Shown: positions 55,573 to 57,940 of the stretch, piece by piece
Position numbering within the stretch: the stretch's first letter is position 1
Layout: each line of letters opens with the position of its first letter
From: Candidatus Limnocylindria bacterium
GTDB lineage: Bacteria; Chloroflexota; Limnocylindria; QHBO01
DNA length: 57,940 bases
Assembly (NCBI GenBank): GCA_046715765.1
Contig: JBKJYH010000126.1
Location: 1-57,940 of the forward strand
Reading direction: 5' to 3'
Program-made: the position numbers and the translations under genes
The notes under the pieces: generated by a model
Database searches by the model: none
Told to the model about the DNA's origin: nothing
What the model saw: the letters and a program-made list of their open reading frames with translations, nothing else

Positions 55573-57940
55573 ATGCGACGGCGCCTTGGGCTGATCCTGA
55601 AGGTCGTTCTGATCGTTCTGGCGGTGGCCGTGGTGGGGGGAACGGGGTACGGGGTCTTCACGGTTCGGTCGTCCTTTCCCCAGGTGAGCGGCACGGCCAC
55701 CCTCCCCGGCCTGTCGGCGCAGGTCGAGGTCCGGCGCGACGAGTGGGGCGTCCCGCAGATCACCGCCGACACGCCCGAGGACCTGTTCATGGCGCAGGGC
55801 TACGTCCACGCCCAGGACCGCTTCTGGGAGATGGACTTCCGTCGCCACATCACCGCCGGGCGCCTCTCCGAACTGTTCGGCGAGTCGCAACTCGAGACCG
55901 ATGCCTTCATCCGCACCCTCGGCTGGCGGCGCGTCGCCGAGGCCGAGCTGCGGATCCTGTCACCCGACACGATCCGCTTCCTGGAGGCGTATGCCACCGG
56001 GGTGAACGCGTACCTGGCGGAGCGGTCCGGAGCCGCTCTCTCGCTGGAGTACGCGGTCCTGGGGCTCCAGGTGAGCGGATACGAGCCGGAGCCGTGGACC
56101 TCGGCCGACTCGGTTGCCTGGTTGAAGGCGATGGCCTGGGATCTGCGCGGCAACATGGAGGAGGAGATCCTCCGGGTCCAGTACGCCAGCCGCCTCTCGG
56201 ATGCGCAACTCTTCGACCTCGATCCGCCGTACCCGTTCAGGCGCCACCCGGTGATCGTGCCCGTGCCGGACAATCCGGTGGCGGCGACCGGCGAGGCACC
56301 CTCGACCGTGGCCGCCCGCCCGGAGATTGACATGACCGCGATCGCCGAGCGGCTGGCGGGCATCGCCGCGATCGCCGAGCGGCTGCCGATGCTGCTCGGA
56401 CGGGCCGACCGGAGCGGCATCGGGTCCAACTCGTTCGCGGTCGCGGGATCGCGCACGGTCAGCGGCCAGCCGCTGCTCGCCAACGACCCACACCTCGCGC
56501 CGTCCATCCCGGGGATCTGGTCCCAGGTCGGGCTGCACTGTCGCGCAGTGGACGAAGCGTGCCCGTTCGACGTGAGCGGGTTCAGCTTCAGCGGCGTGCC
56601 CGGCGTGGTGCTCGGCCACAACCAGCGCATCGGATGGGGATTCACCAACCTGAGGCCGGACGTGTCGGATCTGTACCTCGAGGACGTGCAGGGCGACCGC
56701 TATCGGGTCGGCACCCGGATGGCCGACCTGCAGATTCGGACCGAAACGATCCAGGTCGCGAACGGCGACCCGGTCAGCATCCGGATCCGCAGCACCGCGC
56801 ATGGACCGCTCCTATCGGATGTATCGGACTGGTTCGCGTACATCGGTTCGGTGGCGCCAGCCGGCGCCGATGCCCCGACCCGCGCGGCACCCGACATCGC
56901 CCTGCAGTGGACCGCCCTGCGCCCTGGTCGCACGATGGACGCCGTCTTCCGGTTGAACGCGGCCCAGAATTTCGATGAATTCCGGGAGGCAGCGCGCGTC
57001 TTCGAGGTCCCGTCCCAGAACATGCTGTACGCCGATGTCGACGGACATATCGGGTACCAGACACCCGGTCGGATCCCGATCCGCCGGACCGGTGACGGGA
57101 AGTGGCCGGTCCCCGGCTGGGACACCTCCTACGCCTGGGACAGTTACGTGGCATTCGAGGACCTGCCCTGGGTGCTCGATCCTGCTGAGGGCTACATCGT
57201 GACCGCGAACAACGCGGTCACGACCCCGGACTTCCCGGCCTTCCTGACCGATGACTGGGCCTTCGGCTACCGCGCCGCGCGGATCACCGAGTTGATCGAG
57301 GCGGCCGGGCCACTGGACGTGGCTGGGATGCATGCCATTGGCTTCGACCAGCATGGCCCGCTGGCCCACCTGCTGGCACCGGTGATTCGAGATCGGGTCC
57401 GCGACTCCGACCAGCCGGAGGCGGTGCGGGCGGCCGCGGCGCTGCTCACCGGTTGGGACGGCCAGCAAGGTGCCGACTCCGCCCCGACGGCATTCGTCAA
57501 CGCGGTCTGGCGCAACCTGTTGCGACTGGCGATTGACGACGACCTGGCTCCGACCGGCACCCAGGCCGCAGGCGGCGACCGCTTCCTGGAGATGCTGCGA
57601 CCGCTGCTCGAGGACCCGACCGATGCGTGGTGGGACGACGTCACGACGGCCGACGTGGTCGAGACGCGGGATGAGATGCTCGACCGTGCGCTCCTCGACG
57701 CCACCGACGAATTGCGCCCACTGCTCGGCGAGGATCCCACCGCCTGGCGCTGGGGCGCGCTGCACACCCTGACCCTGGTGAACGAGACCTTTGGCCGCTC
57801 TGGGATCGGCCCGATCGAGTGGCTCTTCAACCGCGGCCCGTTCCAGCTCGGCGGCGGGTCGGACGTGGTGAACGCCACCTCCTGGACGGCGCCGAACGGA
57901 TACGCGGTGGACTGGGTCCCGTCGATGCGATCCGTGATCG
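55573..57940 (+). CDS. Penicillin acylase family (Ntn hydrolase), 3' end outside window
   Basis: Not in ORF track (no stop); RRDEWGVPQI, AQGYVHAQDRFWEMD, nucleophile GSNSF (Ser codon 56425), LANDPHL. Confidence 0.93.
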   Translation, partial: MRRRLGLILKVVLIVLAVAVVGGTGYGVFTVRSSFPQVSGTATLPGLSAQVEVRRDEWGVPQITADTPEDLFMAQGYVHAQDRFWEMDFRRHITAGRLSELFGESQLETDAFIRTLGWRRVAEAELRILSPDTIRFLEAYATGVNAYLAERSGAALSLEYAVLGLQVSGYEPEPWTSADSVAWLKAMAWDLRGNMEEEILRVQYASRLSDAQLFDLDPPYPFRRHPVIVPVPDNPVAATGEAPSTVAARPEIDMTAIAERLAGIAAIAERLPMLLGRADRSGIGSNSFAVAGSRTVSGQPLLANDPHLAPSIPGIWSQVGLHCRAVDEACPFDVSGFSFSGVPGVVLGHNQRIGWGFTNLRPDVSDLYLEDVQGDRYRVGTRMADLQIRTETIQVANGDPVSIRIRSTAHGPLLSDVSDWFAYIGSVAPAGADAPTRAAPDIALQWTALRPGRTMDAVFRLNAAQNFDEFREAARVFEVPSQNMLYADVDGHIGYQTPGRIPIRRTGDGKWPVPGWDTSYAWDSYVAFEDLPWVLDPAEGYIVTANNAVTTPDFPAFLTDDWAFGYRAARITELIEAAGPLDVAGMHAIGFDQHGPLAHLLAPVIRDRVRDSDQPEAVRAAAALLTGWDGQQGADSAPTAFVNAVWRNLLRLAIDDDLAPTGTQAAGGDRFLEMLRPLLEDPTDAWWDDVTTADVVETRDEMLDRALLDATDELRPLLGEDPTAWRWGALHTLTLVNETFGRSGIGPIEWLFNRGPFQLGGGSDVVNATSWTAPNGYAVDWVPSMRSVI

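Noticed and set aside
1-57940. Selenoproteins, recoding, tRNA/rRNA, prophage or defence genes
   Set aside because: No in-frame TGA at catalytic positions in the redox genes checked, and no recognisable structural RNA, phage or defence motifs by eye.

Overview
High-GC bacterial chromosome segment with about 60 CDS and no rRNA, tRNA, CRISPR array, transposase or integrase. Gene content suggests Chloroflexota or a similar monoderm; this is an inference, not a placement. Housekeeping and metabolic genes include two crotonases, a ferredoxin, add, a four-subunit 2-oxoacid:ferredoxin oxidoreductase, proS, trpB2 under a Trp T-box, a PPi-type PFK, msrA, trxA, an RhlE-type helicase, an amidohydrolase and a penicillin acylase that runs off the window end. 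Most operon-first genes look leaderless (TAnnnT 6-10 nt before the start codon). The most unusual signals are: (1) two integrase-free cargo blocks bounded by diverged direct repeats, one being a duplicated 5' end of the amidohydrolase gene; (2) a small Zn-protein/SRAP/Pnkp-kinase operon with a palindrome over its -10 and DnaA boxes downstream; (3) a flavoprotein plus stand-alone cNMP-binding protein under a CRP-type site; (4) a receiver/thioredoxin-reductase fusion lacking CxxC, paired with a cNMP-domain histidine kinase. All family calls come from motif recognition, not database searches, and several start codons were re-chosen by eye from the ORF track.
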